A stretch of 64,000 bases of DNA from Mobula hypostoma (taxonomy: Eukaryota): contig NC_086109.1 in the NCBI RefSeq assembly GCF_963921235.1, positions 34,846,001 through 34,910,000 of the forward strand, in the 5' to 3' direction. This document shows positions 34,101-47,765 of this stretch, in pieces. A program made the translations under genes and the position numbers. Below the pieces are notes generated by a model. The model saw nothing but the letters and a program-made list of their open reading frames with translations, had not been told where the DNA came from and searched no databases. How positions within the stretch are numbered: position 1 is the first letter of the stretch; each line of letters starts with the position of its first letter.

Positions 34101-34814
34101 GTATTCAAGATATTTAGCAATAAAAATATTAAACAGCACAATGAATGAACATTTCATGTCATTTCCAAGTGCACAATAGTTTGAACAACATTCTCTCAGA
34201 CTAACAAGGTTACAATTGTGAGCTTGACATAATTTGGTGACCATTCAGAAATTCTGCAATTAAGAGCCACTTTGTCTTTGCTTGAGCTACTTCTGTCTGT
34301 TATTGTTCAAATAAAATTCTTGCATCTATTTTGCAACAGATTTTGGACTCGCATAATTAATTTTGAATACTTCATTACATTACAGCTGTGCAAATAAACA
34401 ATGTTATTGCAGAAAACCAAATCAGTGAGATTTTATTTTATTTTAAATTAATTAAAAGTGATGGCATGTTTGGCTACAATAACAGAATAATCAATGAGAA
34501 GCATCCTTCAAACAATAATAAAGATAGAGATTAGAAGATCAACACATAATCCCGAGAGAGTTTCATTTACATTTTCATGGGAATGAATTTTCACCTTAAA
34601 GACCTAAAGACCCGTGTTTTTACGCAAACTGGTGTTACATTACAATGGAAAGTTCTTTAGAGAGGTATTTGAAATAAGTTGTGCTGCTTAAATTCATGAT
34701 TTATTTTTCTTTGCTGCACGTTGCTTTCCTCTGCCAAAAATCACAGAAGACGTTGCTTAATTTGAGAGGACAGTGAATGGTGATAGCTGCTCTGATATTG
34801 CTCATTCTTTACCA

Positions 34815-35160
34815 GTATCATTTCCCCCTCTACCCACTCCAATCTGGCAGAAGATATAAAAGCCTGAAAGCACATATCACCAGGCTCCAGGTCAACTTCT
34901 ACCTCACTGTATTGAACTATTGAACAGTTCCCTAGTGTGATAAAGTGGACTTTTGACCTCACAATCTACCTTATGACCTTGCATCTTAATGCCTACCTAC
35001 ACTTTACTTCCTCTGTAACCCTAACACTTGATTCTGCATGTTTTTGTTGGTTTACATTGTATTACCTCGATTCACTCTTGTAATGAATTGATCTTTATGA
35101 ACAGATTGCAAGACAAGTTTTTCACTTTAGCTCGGTATATGTGACAATAATAAACCAACT
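34815..35160 (+). mobile_element. Rex1/Babar-like LINE 3' end
   Basis: ggcagaagatataaaagcctgaaagcacatatcaccaggctc (GRRYKSLKAHITRL-like), followed by a 3' UTR ending gtgacaataataaacc. Confidence 0.6.
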
Positions 35161-36301
35161 TACCAATTGACAGGAGTTAATATTATCCTCATTAATCCTA
35201 CAGATAAGGGCATCAGAACAAAATATAACTCAATATGAGAACAAAACTTATCCCAATATTTGACAACTCAGGACTGAATCAGGTTCAAAGTGTTGCAAGG
35301 GTCAGCATAAAGTGTACCTTCCTCCTTAGTCATTGATCAACAGAGCAATGATTTTCCTTGTGTGCAAAGTTTTTACAGTTCAACACATCAGGGTTTCTCC
35401 TCAAATCAATAAGTGAACTTCCTATACAGTGGGTCCCAGTGCGAAGAGTCTCTAATTGCCTCAGCGCCAATGCTGTTCTGGAGTGGTCACAGCTGCTTCA
35501 GAGTAATGATTTTACTATCTTTACAAGTAAGTTCTAATTGACATAAATATAATGGTTTAGAAGCCCTTTAAACCGACTGCATGTGAAGTCAATGGCGACT
35601 ACAAAATAATTTTAAAAGATGAAAGAAGGGTTGTTGGTACTGAAATCAGAGCAAATAAAAACATCAAAGTTTGTGTGTACAGCAGTAACATCAGCAGCCG
35701 GCAGATTCAGTGACAATCCCTATGAGCAACCTGATTAGTTAGACCCCATGAAGCTAGGGCCAAGTACTTGTAGTCGTGAGCACGAATAACCAACTATGGA
35801 AAGCATGAAGCAATTGTACAAACATAGCAATCCCTATTAGAAATCAATCGGAAAATAAACAAATGAACTAGTTATTGTTTTATGCGATATTAATTCAGGA
35901 AAAGGGTGATGGGTGCATTGTGTTTTTCCATTGTTGAATAACAGTGTGGCTGTGCATAATTATGCAAGGCTGCTCACTGGACATCAAGCTCTGAAGTTAC
36001 AGTGCTAAAACTATTTAAAGCTGAACAATGAAGGATTTCATAAGATGGTTTCTCTACGTGCTGACGAGTAAGTTAATTGGGCCAAGATGTTGTAATTGAT
36101 ATCTGGATCATGCATCCAAAGGAAGTGGTGGATTCAGAATGAATTACTGAATTTAGACAGACTTATTTAAGTGATGAGGAAAGTGTGAAAGATTATGTGG
36201 GCACCTAGGCTTAATGCAGATGGGCAAAAAATGTCAGCTCAGAAGTGGCGGGCGTTATTAAATAATTATCTGCATTCAATTCATTGTTGTCCTCTAATTT
36301 T

Positions 36302-36390
36302 GGGTCCTGGTGAAGGGTCACCAACTGTTTATTCCCCTTCATAGATACTGCCTGACTTGCTGAGTTTCTCCAGCATTTTGTGTGTGCTGT
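36302..36390 (+). mobile_element. Deleted Penelope-derived terminal repeat
   Basis: gtcctggtgaagggtc...catagatactgcctgacttgctgagtttctccagcattttgtgtgtg. Confidence 0.6.
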
Positions 36391-37044
36391 TTTTAATTTT
36401 GTAATCTGTTCTGGCTAAATGTAATCAATTAATCTACTGATTGAATTCAAATAACCCATGCCCTCATGAGTTGATTAAACAAGTGAGTTCTTGCTGTAAT
36501 TAATCAAATGTGTCAATTTGTCAGATCTGTCATTTTCTAACTTGTCATGTTGTTTTGAAGCAATGGATATTTTAATGAGCTATGCCACAGAACTGAAAAT
36601 AAATAATTATTGCATAGAATGCCATCCACCAGATTCAATATCAGAAGGTGTGCAGATGTTTGTCAGAATATCCATGATAAATACCTCATAAAATCTATTG
36701 GTTTTAAATGCAGTTTAAAACGTATCTTATGAAGATTTGATTTTGCAATTCTCTGAATGTTTTTGATTTCACTCAGGAATAATCCTTCACCCTCAGAACA
36801 TCTCTCTCCCTTCTCTCTCTCCCTTCTAGGATTAGGTGGTGTAACCGCAGAACATCTGCTATCATTTTACACTTCGATGTTTAACAGAGTGAATTGCTGT
36901 CATGCATCCTTTATGTTTATGGATTACATTTTAGGTTGCTACGTGTTCCATTCCTATTCCTGTCCATCAGGAGGTGCTTATTTTCCACTGTCTATCAATT
37001 GTCCACCTCTGTCATGATTTGTGCAGAGTCAATATGGGGATAAT

Positions 37045-38222
37045 AAGACCATAAGACAATATGACAGAAGCAGATTTAGCTATTTGAGCCATCAGGTCTG
37101 CTCCAGCATTTGATCATAGCTGACTTATTTTCCTTTTCAATCCCATTCTCCTGCCTTCTCCCCACAACATTTCACATTCCTATGAATCAAGGATCTACCA
37201 AACTCTACTTTGAGTATATCCAATGATTTGGTCACTATGGAGGTCTCTGATAATGAACGCCACAGATTCACCATCCTCTGGCTAAATAAACTTCCCCCTT
37301 CTCTGTTCTAAAGGGACTTCCTTGTATTTTAAGGCTGTGCTCTCTGGTCCTACACACTCCCACCATTTTAAACACCCTCTCCATGTCTGCTGTCTCTAGG
37401 CTTTTTAGTAAGTTTCAGTGAGGTTCCCCTTCATTCTTCTAAACTCCAGTGAAGACAGGTCCAGAGCCATCAAATGCTCCTCATACAGTACGCTAATACT
37501 TCTCTTCCCTGGAACATTCTTGTAAACTTCCTCTTGATCCTCTCCAATACCAGTGCATCTTTTCTTAGGTATGGAGCCCAAAACTGCTCACAATACTCTA
37601 AATGTGGTATGATCAATGCCTTGTGAAGCTTCAGAATTGCATTCTTACTTATATATTCTAGTCCTCTCGAACTGAACACTGACATTACATTTGCTTTCCT
37701 TACTATCAACTCATCCTGCAGGTTAACCTTCAGGGAATCCTGCACTAGGACTCCAAAGGCCCCTTGCACCTCTAATTTCTGAATTTGATCCCCATTTAGA
37801 AAACAGTGTATGTCTTTACTCCTTTTATCAAAATGTATGACCATACACCTCTCTACAATGTATTCCATGGGCTACTTCTTTGCCCATTCTCCAAATCTGT
37901 CTAAGTCCTTTTGCAAACTTACTGCGTCCTCAGTACTACCTTCCCCTCCACCTATCTTTATAGCGTCCACAAACCTGGCCACAAAGCCATGAATTTCATC
38001 ATCCAGGTCATTAAACAAATAATGTTAAAGTTAATGGATCCTACACCGATCCCTGCATAATACAATTAGTCATCCACAGTCAACCATAAACCCCTATTTA
38101 ATTCCCACTCTTCTGCCAGTCAGCCAATTTTTGTCCATATTAGTATCCTTCCCATAATACCATGTGCTCCAATCTTGTTTAGCAGCCTCATGAGCAGCAC
38201 CTTGTCAAAAGGTTTCTGAAGA
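37045..38222 (-). mobile_element. CR1 3' fragment (RT)
   Basis: ORF 37470-37868 includes ..HKALIIPHLEYCEQFWAPYLRKD..; CR1 3' end agaccataagacaatatgacagaagcagatttag. Confidence 0.85.
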
Positions 38223-41200
38223 CAAGCATGTGGGAAACTAGAGCCCTTTGTACTATATCCTTCTTGTGGTATTTGTTAGATTCATTTGCCTTCCAAGCTT
38301 AAACAACAAGAGATGAAGTTGTTTTGTTGTTCATAAGTGCATGGATCTCGAAGAGTCATTGAGGGCTGGGACACTGCAGCATGTGAATGGTGGAAAAATG
38401 TTTGGCAGCACGGATGACCAAGGTGTCGGAGTGGAAGTAATTGTTCCAGTGATCCAGTGTTCCTGTCATCATTGACTTTGGGATGCTGACAAAGTGGTTG
38501 TGGCTGCTTTTGGGTCTTATTGGTGCATCATATTGATCTACCAAGTACACAAAGGCCAACACTAATACTCACAGCATTGATACTGATGCTGTCTCACTTG
38601 GGATTACTAGTTCTTGGATCACCTTAGTCTCTGTCTTCATCTTGGTACTTGTTTTAATTTATTGACTGTTTTTAAATGTTCGCATACAGTTTAGCCCCAC
38701 TCTCAGACAAAATGGAGAATGACTATATCTTGCACTGTGCCCAATAGGTCATATTCAAAATTTACTCATGCTTCAATTATTACGATGATATGACTGCTGT
38801 AGCCTAGGACTTTGGCTTGAACCTCCATTTGTTGTAATATCCCCCATGATTATATTTTACTTCCAAGTGGACTCAATGCATTATCACAAGCCTTCTGTAT
38901 AACTAAAGCAAGCACAGAGACTAACTAAAAAGAATTTGGAAAATCAGAAATAGTTTGCATCATAGACCTCAATATGGTAATGTGCCTTTGCTATCACAAC
39001 ATAACATGGAATTGCAGCTGCTCTCCTGTGGGAAATTTAGAATGGTGCTTTAGTGTCATGCAATGATCAAGTCTTGTGCAACACTACTTTAGGTTTGTTG
39101 TCATGGGCATGAATACCCATTGTGTAAATACCATGCATATTGACTTTTTGCAGCAGCAGTACTGTACATTACAAACATGAAAGTTACAAACTTTTTCCAC
39201 TGGTAGATGGGGTGGACTCTGCCAAAACAAACGCTGTCTTTGTCCAGTCCAGATTCTTAATGTCTTTGAAGATGAGGAAAGGTGAGAAAGAACAGCTGGT
39301 GGGTATAAGCAGATTGCTTATCACATAATCAATTTCTTTTTGTTCCCTTGACAGCTCCAATAGGCAGACCGGAAAGTGGAATGCTAATTTAGTGTTTCTT
39401 CAATGGTGTTAGGGTATTAGAATTAAGTGATAAAGATCAGGAAAGAAAGCAAGGCCAAAACTGTAAATAAGAAAAGACCAAGAAAATGTTGACCCATTGA
39501 AGATTAGAGGTGGGAGTCAATTTTGGTTCAGTATTGGAGCTATTTCTGTATAGGTCATAATTTAGAAATTGAACTGTTAGAATGAGAAGATTAAAGTACA
39601 ATGAATGGAATATATTACTGTAATTGGTAAAACAAATAATGTAATTGCATTGCAGTATAAAGAATCACTGAATACCACCCCTTGTTTTAAAAAAAGGTCT
39701 CTAAAAATTAGCTCATAAATCACAAGAAAGTGTCTGTTGGGAAGCTCCTTTCCAAAAATAGTCAAATGTTTGGAATGAAAAAGAATAAAATTATTACTTA
39801 ACAATAGTTAATGGTATATATTATCCAAGAATGCATGGTACTTAATTCATAGCATTATTTAAGAAGGCATATTGTGTGCTGAGGAGAGGCAAATTTTATT
39901 TGTACCCCTCAGAGTCATGATAACAATACCACATTAATGTTGGCTCCCTTAAGTATTTGTGCTTTTTAACAACTTTTCAGAAGAAAAGAATGTGACTCAT
40001 GGTTGTGCACTGAAGGCCACACTGTATGATGTCCTGCAACAAAGGTTGGCCTTGTGTGGAGAAAATGAATCTTTCATCATTATGCATTTATGTACTTGTG
40101 CCCTTTAACATCAGTGTTACAAATTAGTGCAGAGCAGAGTGCATTTAACAGTAAACTTACCCTGATATTAATCATCCTTGCGGTTTTCATATGCTAACCT
40201 TGCATGAAATTAAAAGGCAACGTTAAACTGCCTTAGTAGTCAATAGGTGAGATACCTGCAATGACGCAATAGACTTTTGAGACTAGGCACTATCAATCCC
40301 TTGGAGATGATTTTGGATAATTTTCCAGTGACGCTCTGTTAATTAAAACATGTTATCTCATATGACACTGATACTGCTGGGAATTAAGCCACCGCTAAGC
40401 CCAAAAGTTTTTAAAGAAATTTCCAGAACATTATGTCCTGTATTTCCAAGTACGGTGTGCCCAATGTCTGCTCATAGCTAATACAAGCAGTGCTTAATGG
40501 AAGGCAAGGCTGGAAATTAACTTAACAGCTTTCAGCTATCTCTGACATGAACCAATTAAATGCTATTAAAGCACTCTAAACAATTAAAAAGTATCAATTT
40601 GAAAATAAAAGTTAAAATAATAAAAAAAAAATGAAACTTGACCTTGTCTTTTAATCCCTTTGGAACCAGTGAGATTTTTTGATTCTACACTCGGTCCCAC
40701 TTGGCACTGACACTGGGAAATCTCAAGAAGGCTCCATGAGGTTTCCAGCATCTGACAAATATAGAAAATTTACGATGTGACACTTAAAACCAAAGGTTCA
40801 TCCCACTGAGTTTTATTCCATTTCTAGCTGCGTGGAGATATTGCCAGGGAAGGCAAAGACTACATTGAATAAATAATTAATGGTTTCTCCATCACACCTG
40901 TATCTCACAGTCATATACAAATAAAGCCTTATAGATATACTTCATTTATATAATCTTTGACATTCTGGCAGGCCGAATAACATTCATATTACATTTTTAT
41001 TTTCGCTTACGCTCTGTCATGTTAGATTACGACCTTAATATTACTGGGACAGCACTGTACATATATTAGGGGTAACCTTATTGTTATGTCCTTTCTCCTT
41101 CAAAAATCAATTCCAAATAACAAAGCACCTTGGTTTTGTTTTTGCTTTGCTGTTCCCAGTCCTCTCTCAGGTGCTTACATATGTATATATGACCTTAGTT

Positions 41201-41920
41201 AAATTCCAGATACCTATTCCATTGTTAAATACTTCAAGAAGCTACGTGTCAGAGAATGATGACTGCATATAAAAGGGGGAATTGATTGAACAGAAATGTG
41301 GTTGACATATATTTCACATGACAGCTTTTTAAGTATTAAGAAGGGAGTGGAAAGATAGAAAGAAAGGGGTTTGCATTAACAATGAAAACTGATATGATAG
41401 AAATCAAAAGCAGTGATTTAACCTCAGATGAAAGGAGTCAATGTTGCTAGATACCTGTGGCATCAAAGGAAACAATTTAGTAAGCAATCATTATATAATG
41501 TCAATCAATTAGAAATATATTGATGTGGGATTATTAAGTTGGGAAGAGAATTAGAGAAAAGAAGCGTACCTGTTGCTGATGATTTTGGTTAAAACTGGAT
41601 GAAGATCTTTCAAATTTAAAATGTAAGTCCAAGGAATGAACACTAAATTATTTTTGATGTGACATATTCAAGAGTACCAGGAGAGGTAAAATATGCATTC
41701 ATTTAATACTCAGCTCTGAAGAAGATTGTAAAACAGTGGTCAATATAACATGCTTAATTTATTCCTTGCGTCACAACATGGAATAGTAGAAAGAATTTTT
41801 TTTTCTTAGAATGCTGGTTTACTGCAATAACTGAACATGAAATGTGGCATTTATTTCGGAAGCGAGGGAGGAAGAAATAGGATGTGTTAATATACAGTAA
41901 CAGCAGAGCAAATGTTCCAT

Positions 41921-42284
41921 AAAGGGATTGGACAGGCTAGATGCGGGAAGATTGTTCCCGATGTTGGGGAGGTCTAGAACGAGGGGTCACAGTTTGAGGA
42001 TAGAGGGGAAGCCTTTTAGGACCGAGGTTAGGAAAAACTTCTTCACACAGAGAGTGGTGAATCTGTGGAATTCTCTGCCACAGCAAACTGTTGAGGCCAG
42101 TTCATTAGCTATGTTTAAAAGGAAGTTAGATATGGCCCTTGTGGCTACAGGGGTCAGGGGGTATGGAGGGAAGGCTGGGTTCTGAGTTGGATGATCAGCC
42201 ATGATCATAATAAATGGCGGTGCAGGCTCGAAGGGCCGAATGGCCTACTCCTGCACCTATTTTCTATGTTTCTATGTTTCTATA
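41921..42284 (+). mobile_element. Young CR1 3' fragment
   Basis: ORF LDRLDAGRLFP..FFTQRVVNLWNSLP and tail (TTTCTATG)x2-3. Confidence 0.9.
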
Positions 42285-42334
42285 TACTGTATATGTTAAA
42301 AGGCCCAGCTGCTCTGTAAGGTGAGAAAATGTGA

Positions 42335-42880
42335 AATCTGGCATGATTGCCAACACACGCTAGGACATTCAGCTTAACAGTTGACAAGTCCTGTTGCAGC
42401 TGTATGAAACTTTGCAGTTCTGGTTGAAGTGTTACAGGAAGGTTATGGAGATTTTTGAAACGGCACAGAAGAGAGTTACCAGGAGGTTGCCAGATTGGAG
42501 AATATTAGCTTTGTGTTTGCTGAACTGTGGATACTGAGGGGTGACCTGATGCAGGTATATGAAGTTATGGGAGGTGTAGACAGCGGAGGTGGTCAGGATA
42601 AAATTATTCAATACTAGAGGGTATAGGTTTAAGGGGAGAAGAGTAACATTTAAAGGAGATTTACAGGGCAAATATACAGAGTGGTACATACTCTCAGAGA
42701 AAGTGGTGGAAGCATATAGCACAGCAGCACTTCTGAGGCACTTAGAACAGCACATGAATAGGCAGCAAATGAAGAAATTATAGACCAAATGTCAGCAGAT
42801 GAGATTAGTTAACCTGGCATTACAGTTAGCAGAGACAACATCAAAAGTTGAGGCTTGTTTCTGTGCTGTACCGTTCTATA
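42335..42880 (+). mobile_element. Old CR1 3' fragment
   Basis: Degenerate LRGDLMQVYEVMGG..NTRGYRFKGR motifs and tail gcttgtttctgtgctgtaccgttctat. Confidence 0.65.
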
Positions 42881-44063
42881 AAATATAATGACTTAATTTT
42901 GAGAGGATGGAGAAGTGAAACATGGACTGATATGTAATTAAATATTAAAATGTTAGTCAGGAATCAATACGTATCCTAAAAAACCATAAACTAATTTTAA
43001 CTGGTTCATGAGATGCTCTGGTCAGGAAGTAGGCTAGAAAACTGGGAGCGTTGGAGTCAGTACAACAATATGCTTTTGAGCTCCATTACCTCCACACTGC
43101 ATGGTAAGCTGTAGATTTAAAATGGCAGCACCTCATACTGTTAGCTCTTCCTTGGGATGTTCAGTTCACACGCAGGAACCTGAGATCAGTGTTGAAGGCC
43201 AGGTTGATGTTTGACCATTCTTACATAATATATCAGAGTACAGCTCAAAAACAGGCTCTTCAGCCCTCGATAACTGTGCTGTGCTTAAACTGCACATCTG
43301 CCTGCAGTTAGTCTATATCCCTCCACTCACTGTCTGTTCATGCATCTGTCTAACTGATATGCATAAGTTTTACCTATGTTGATAACACTCTTGCATCTAT
43401 CAAAAGGTTGTAGAATCAAGACGCACTCCTGAGATTTGAAATCAAAATCTGGTTTGAGTGTCTAGTCTACTCCAGGTGTCCTATTTTAAACAAGGCATTT
43501 TATATTAAAAGGGAAAATGCCTGACTAGTGCAAAACCTGTCTTAGATGAGTGTTTGCCCAAGGAAAAGAAAGGAGATGTAACAACTTGACTAAAAAAATG
43601 TCACTTTGAAGATGCATCCTTGATGACACAGTGCCAAAGAAAAATTTGGCTTATAGTTGTTATTAAAGCAAGGTGGCAGGTGATCTCTCAAACAGATATT
43701 AAAGTTCTATTGCACAACTGTGAGAAATATTTCTGAATAACGCAGATATCATCACCATGAATAAATTATTTTGTTTGATAGCGTGTCAGGCAGGAGTAAT
43801 CTCCCTCTGATCTCAGTCACAGTCCTGATGACAGTGATAATGAGGAACTGATGGAGATATATTCAGTGCGTGGGGAAACAGGACAGGGATTAAGATCGTC
43901 CTCTTTGTCGATGTAGTTCAAAGAGTTATTCCTCCCTTTGAAAGATCATCTTCAATATTGGAGATTTCTTTGCACTTGCCACGATGCGGGATGCCCCTGT
44001 GGCAGGTGGCGAGGCTGAGGAGCCCACGGAGTGACCCTCCTGAAGATTTGCCCGGAATCACAA

Positions 44064-44410
44064 GGTGCCGCGGTAGTGTAGCTGTTAGTATGACGATATT
44101 ACAGTTCGGGGCATCAGAGTCTGGAGTTCAGTTCTGGCCTCCTCTGTAAGCGTGTTTGTGCCTTCCTTTCCTTGTGTGCGTGGTTTACCTCCAGGTGCTC
44201 TGGTTTCCTCCCACAGTCCAAAGACATACCGGTTAGTAGGCTAATGGGTCAAAAGACACAAAGATTCAAAGTATATTTAATATCAAAGCAGGCATGCAGT
44301 ATAAAACCCTGAGAATGGCCATTGTAAATTGTCCCGTGATTGGACTAAGGGCAAATAGGTGGGTTGTAGAGTGGTGAGGCTCACTGTGCTACACTGTATC
44401 TCTAAATAAA
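44064..44410 (+). mobile_element. tRNA-derived V-SINE (HE1-like) with a ~65-bp internal insertion
   Basis: Head ggtagtgtagctgttag..ggagttcagttc, V domain ggtttacctccaggtgctctggtttcctcccacagtccaaagac, and the same tail as 25601-25860. Confidence 0.75.
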
Positions 44411-45420
44411 AATTAATGAAAACAGTTTATCTGGCCATGATCGTAATGTTATTTGTGGAAACTTGCTAAATGTAAACCATCCGCTGTGTGTCATACTTTA
44501 TAACAGTGACAATGCTTCAAAGTCACTTTATTGACTGGAAAATATGGTGGAAGAACTTGGTTCTTTGGAGATGGCAAGTTACTTAAAGGGTCTGAAGCAG
44601 TGATTTGCAAACGTCTAAAAACACTGCTGGCAAATCAACTTTTTCAACAAAGGGGTTAAAACAAAAATGAAGAATTTCAACATTCTATGAACACTGGCAA
44701 TTGTCCCATTGTCCAACTAAATTACACTGACTTAGTCAGGTGGAATGAGGAGTGAATTGGTGTGTAAAATATGTTGTAAACAGCAGTCTCAGATTTAACT
44801 TGCTTTGGAGTTTCTGTAGTTAGTGACAATGTTCCCAGTCCATGTGAAATTTGCACGTTGAAGTACAAGAAGCACAATATCAAGGTGAAGTTAACCATCC
44901 ATGAAGCACAATCTGTGGGTTAAAGGGAGCAGCAGAATTTACTCCAATGCCATAGATCCCCCATCAGAATCTTCCAGTTACTTTGATTTCTGAAATCAGG
45001 ACTCAAATTTCTTCCTACAAATTGAGTTTTTACCTTTTCTGAGATTGGTTCTTATCCTTTCATCATCTCCTTAGCAACTGGATTCAAGAATTGGATTAGC
45101 TTAGTCCAGTGGACCTGCTGTGGAATCCTGCCTATCACTGGAAGCCAAAGTTATCATTCAGACCTCCAATGAGAAAAGGTTGTGGTCTTAGAACTTTCAG
45201 CTTTCTCCATTAAAACTTCATCATCGTACTCACGTAACCCGTATCAGTGAACATCCATAGCACAGGGTATAGAAAGAATGATTTTACAACCCAGTAATGT
45301 AAGTCATTAATTTGTACAGGAAGTTGCAAATATTACAAATTTCTGGTGTTGCCCTGAAACTTTCTGGCTCTTGGTCACATTGTTAAAATTTTATGAAGGA
45401 TATTTTGCAGGCAGTCAGCT

Positions 45421-47765
45421 TCAGAATCAGAATCAGGTTTAATATCATTGGCATATGACTGTCGTGAAATTTGTCAGCTTTATGGCAGCAGTGCAATGCC
45501 ATACATGATAATAGAGAAAAATGTGAATTACAGTAAATACATATATATTATAGTTAAATTATATTAAATAAGTAGTGCAAAAACAGAAATAAAAAAGGTA
45601 GTGAGGGTTCATGGGTTCAATGTCAATTCGGAAATCGCATGGCAGAGGAGAAAAAGCTGTTCCTGAATCACTGAATGTGTGCCTTCAGGTTTCTGTACCT
45701 CCTTCCTGATGGTAAAAAGGAGAAGAGGCCATATCCTGGGCGGTAGGCTTTGTTAATGATGGACACCGTCTTTTTGAAGCATCGCTCCTTGAAGATGTCT
45801 TAGGTACTATGGAGGCTAGTGGCTATGATGGAGCTGACTAATTTTACAATTCTGTGCAGCTTGCTTCGATCCTGTATTGTAGCCCACCCATACTAGATGG
45901 TGATACAGCCAGTTAGAATGCTTTCCACAGTACATCTGTAGAAATTTATGAGTGTTTTAGATGATATACCAAATCTCCTCAAACTCCTAATGAAATATAG
46001 CTGTTGTGTTGCCTTCTTTATAGCTGCATCGATATTTTGAGTCAAGGTTAGTTCTTCAGAGATATCAACACCTAGGAACATGAAATTACTCTTTACTTCT
46101 GTTCGCTCTATGAGGACTGGTGTGTGTTTCCTCATCTTACCCTTACTGAAGTCCACAATCAGTTCTTTGGTCTTACTGACATTGAGTGTAAGGTTGTTAC
46201 TGCAACACCACTCCACTAGTTGGCATATCTCACTCCTATATGCCCTCGCCTCACCATCTGAGATTTTGCCAACAATGGTTGCATCATTAGCAAATTTATA
46301 GATGGCATTTGAGCTGTACCCAGCCACACAGCAATGGGTATAGAGAGAGTAGAGCAGAGGGCTAAGCACACATCCCTGAGGTGCACCAGCGTTGATTGTC
46401 AGGAAGTTGAAGATGTTATTTCTAATCAGCACAGATTGAGATCTTCCGGTTAGGAAGTCGGAGATCCACTTGCAGAGGGAGGTAGAGAGGCCCAGGTTCT
46501 GTAGCTTTTCCTTCAGAACTGTAGGAGTAATGGTGTTAAACACTGAGCTATAGTTAATAAACATAGGTGTTTGTATTGTCCAGGTGATCCAAGGCCGTGT
46601 GGAGAGCCATTGATATCACATCTTCTGTAGACCTATTGTGGCAATAGGCAAATTGCAGTGGGTCCACGTACTTGCTGAGGCAGGAGTTAACTCTAGTCAT
46701 GACCAACTTCTCAAAGTACTTCACCACCTTAGATGTGTGTGCTACTGGATGATGGTCATTAAGACAGCTCATTCTGCTTTTCTTGGGCAGTGGTACAATT
46801 ATTGCACTTCTGACACAGGTGGGAACTTCTGACTGTAGCAATTAGAGATGGAAAATGTGTTTGAATACCCCCGCAAGTTCACTGGGACAAGTTTTCAGAA
46901 CCTTACTTCTATCCGGGCCTATCGCCTTATGATAGTTCACCCTCCTGAAAGGTAGCCTGACGTTGGCCTCTGAAATAGTGATCACAGGGTCACTGGGTGT
47001 GGCAGGGATCCTCATGGCTGTAGTTTTATTCTCCCTTTCAAAGCAAGCATAGAAGGTATTGAACTCGTCTGGGTGTGAAACATTAGGAAGTAATGGCCTG
47101 CAAACCCTTCTAGAGTTGATGTGCATCTGATGTCGCCTCCTGCCTTACCCAGAATTGCTCCTTAGCTTTTGAGATAGCCCTCCACAAGTCATGCCTGGTT
47201 TCCTTGTACGGACCTGGATCTCCTGGTTCATCCAAGGCTTTTGATTTGCGTATGTACAGTAGGTTCTCACAAGCACACACTCATTGACGCAGGTTTTAAT
47301 GAAGTTGGTGACAGCTATGACGTACTCCTTCAGACTCAAAGATGAATTCCCGAATACCATCCAGTCCACTGTTTTGCAGGAGTCCTGTAAAGTCTCCTGC
47401 ACTTTCCTTGTCCATACCTTCTTATTCCTCACTTCTGGTGTTACAGGTTTCAATCTCTGCCTAGACTCAGGGAATAGAAGTACAGCAAGGTGATCAGACA
47501 TTCCAAAGTTTGGGTGTGGGATAGCACTGTAGGCATTTTTGAAGGTGATGGAACAGTGGTCCATTGTGTTGGTTCCTCTGGTATCACAAATGATTTGTTG
47601 GTAATAATTATTTAGAGACTTTTTCAAACTGGTTTGGTTAAAATCCCCCAAAATAATGGGGGGGGGGAACGCATAGTTCATCTAGAACCTTCTTGACATT
47701 AGCCTTTGATGGCATGTACACTGGTATAAAATGATTGCTGAAATCTCCCGCGGCAGGTAAAATGC
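45421..47765 (-). mobile_element. Rex1/Babar-like LINE (endonuclease C-terminus, RT, 3' UTR), frameshifted
   Basis: ILGDFNQ..TRGTNTMDH..SDHLAVLL (47145-47681), IIVPLPKK..CLND..DPLQFAY (46554-46841), [28 protein letters not shown] (45893-46564), and an (ATTCTG)n tail at 45421. Confidence 0.9.
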
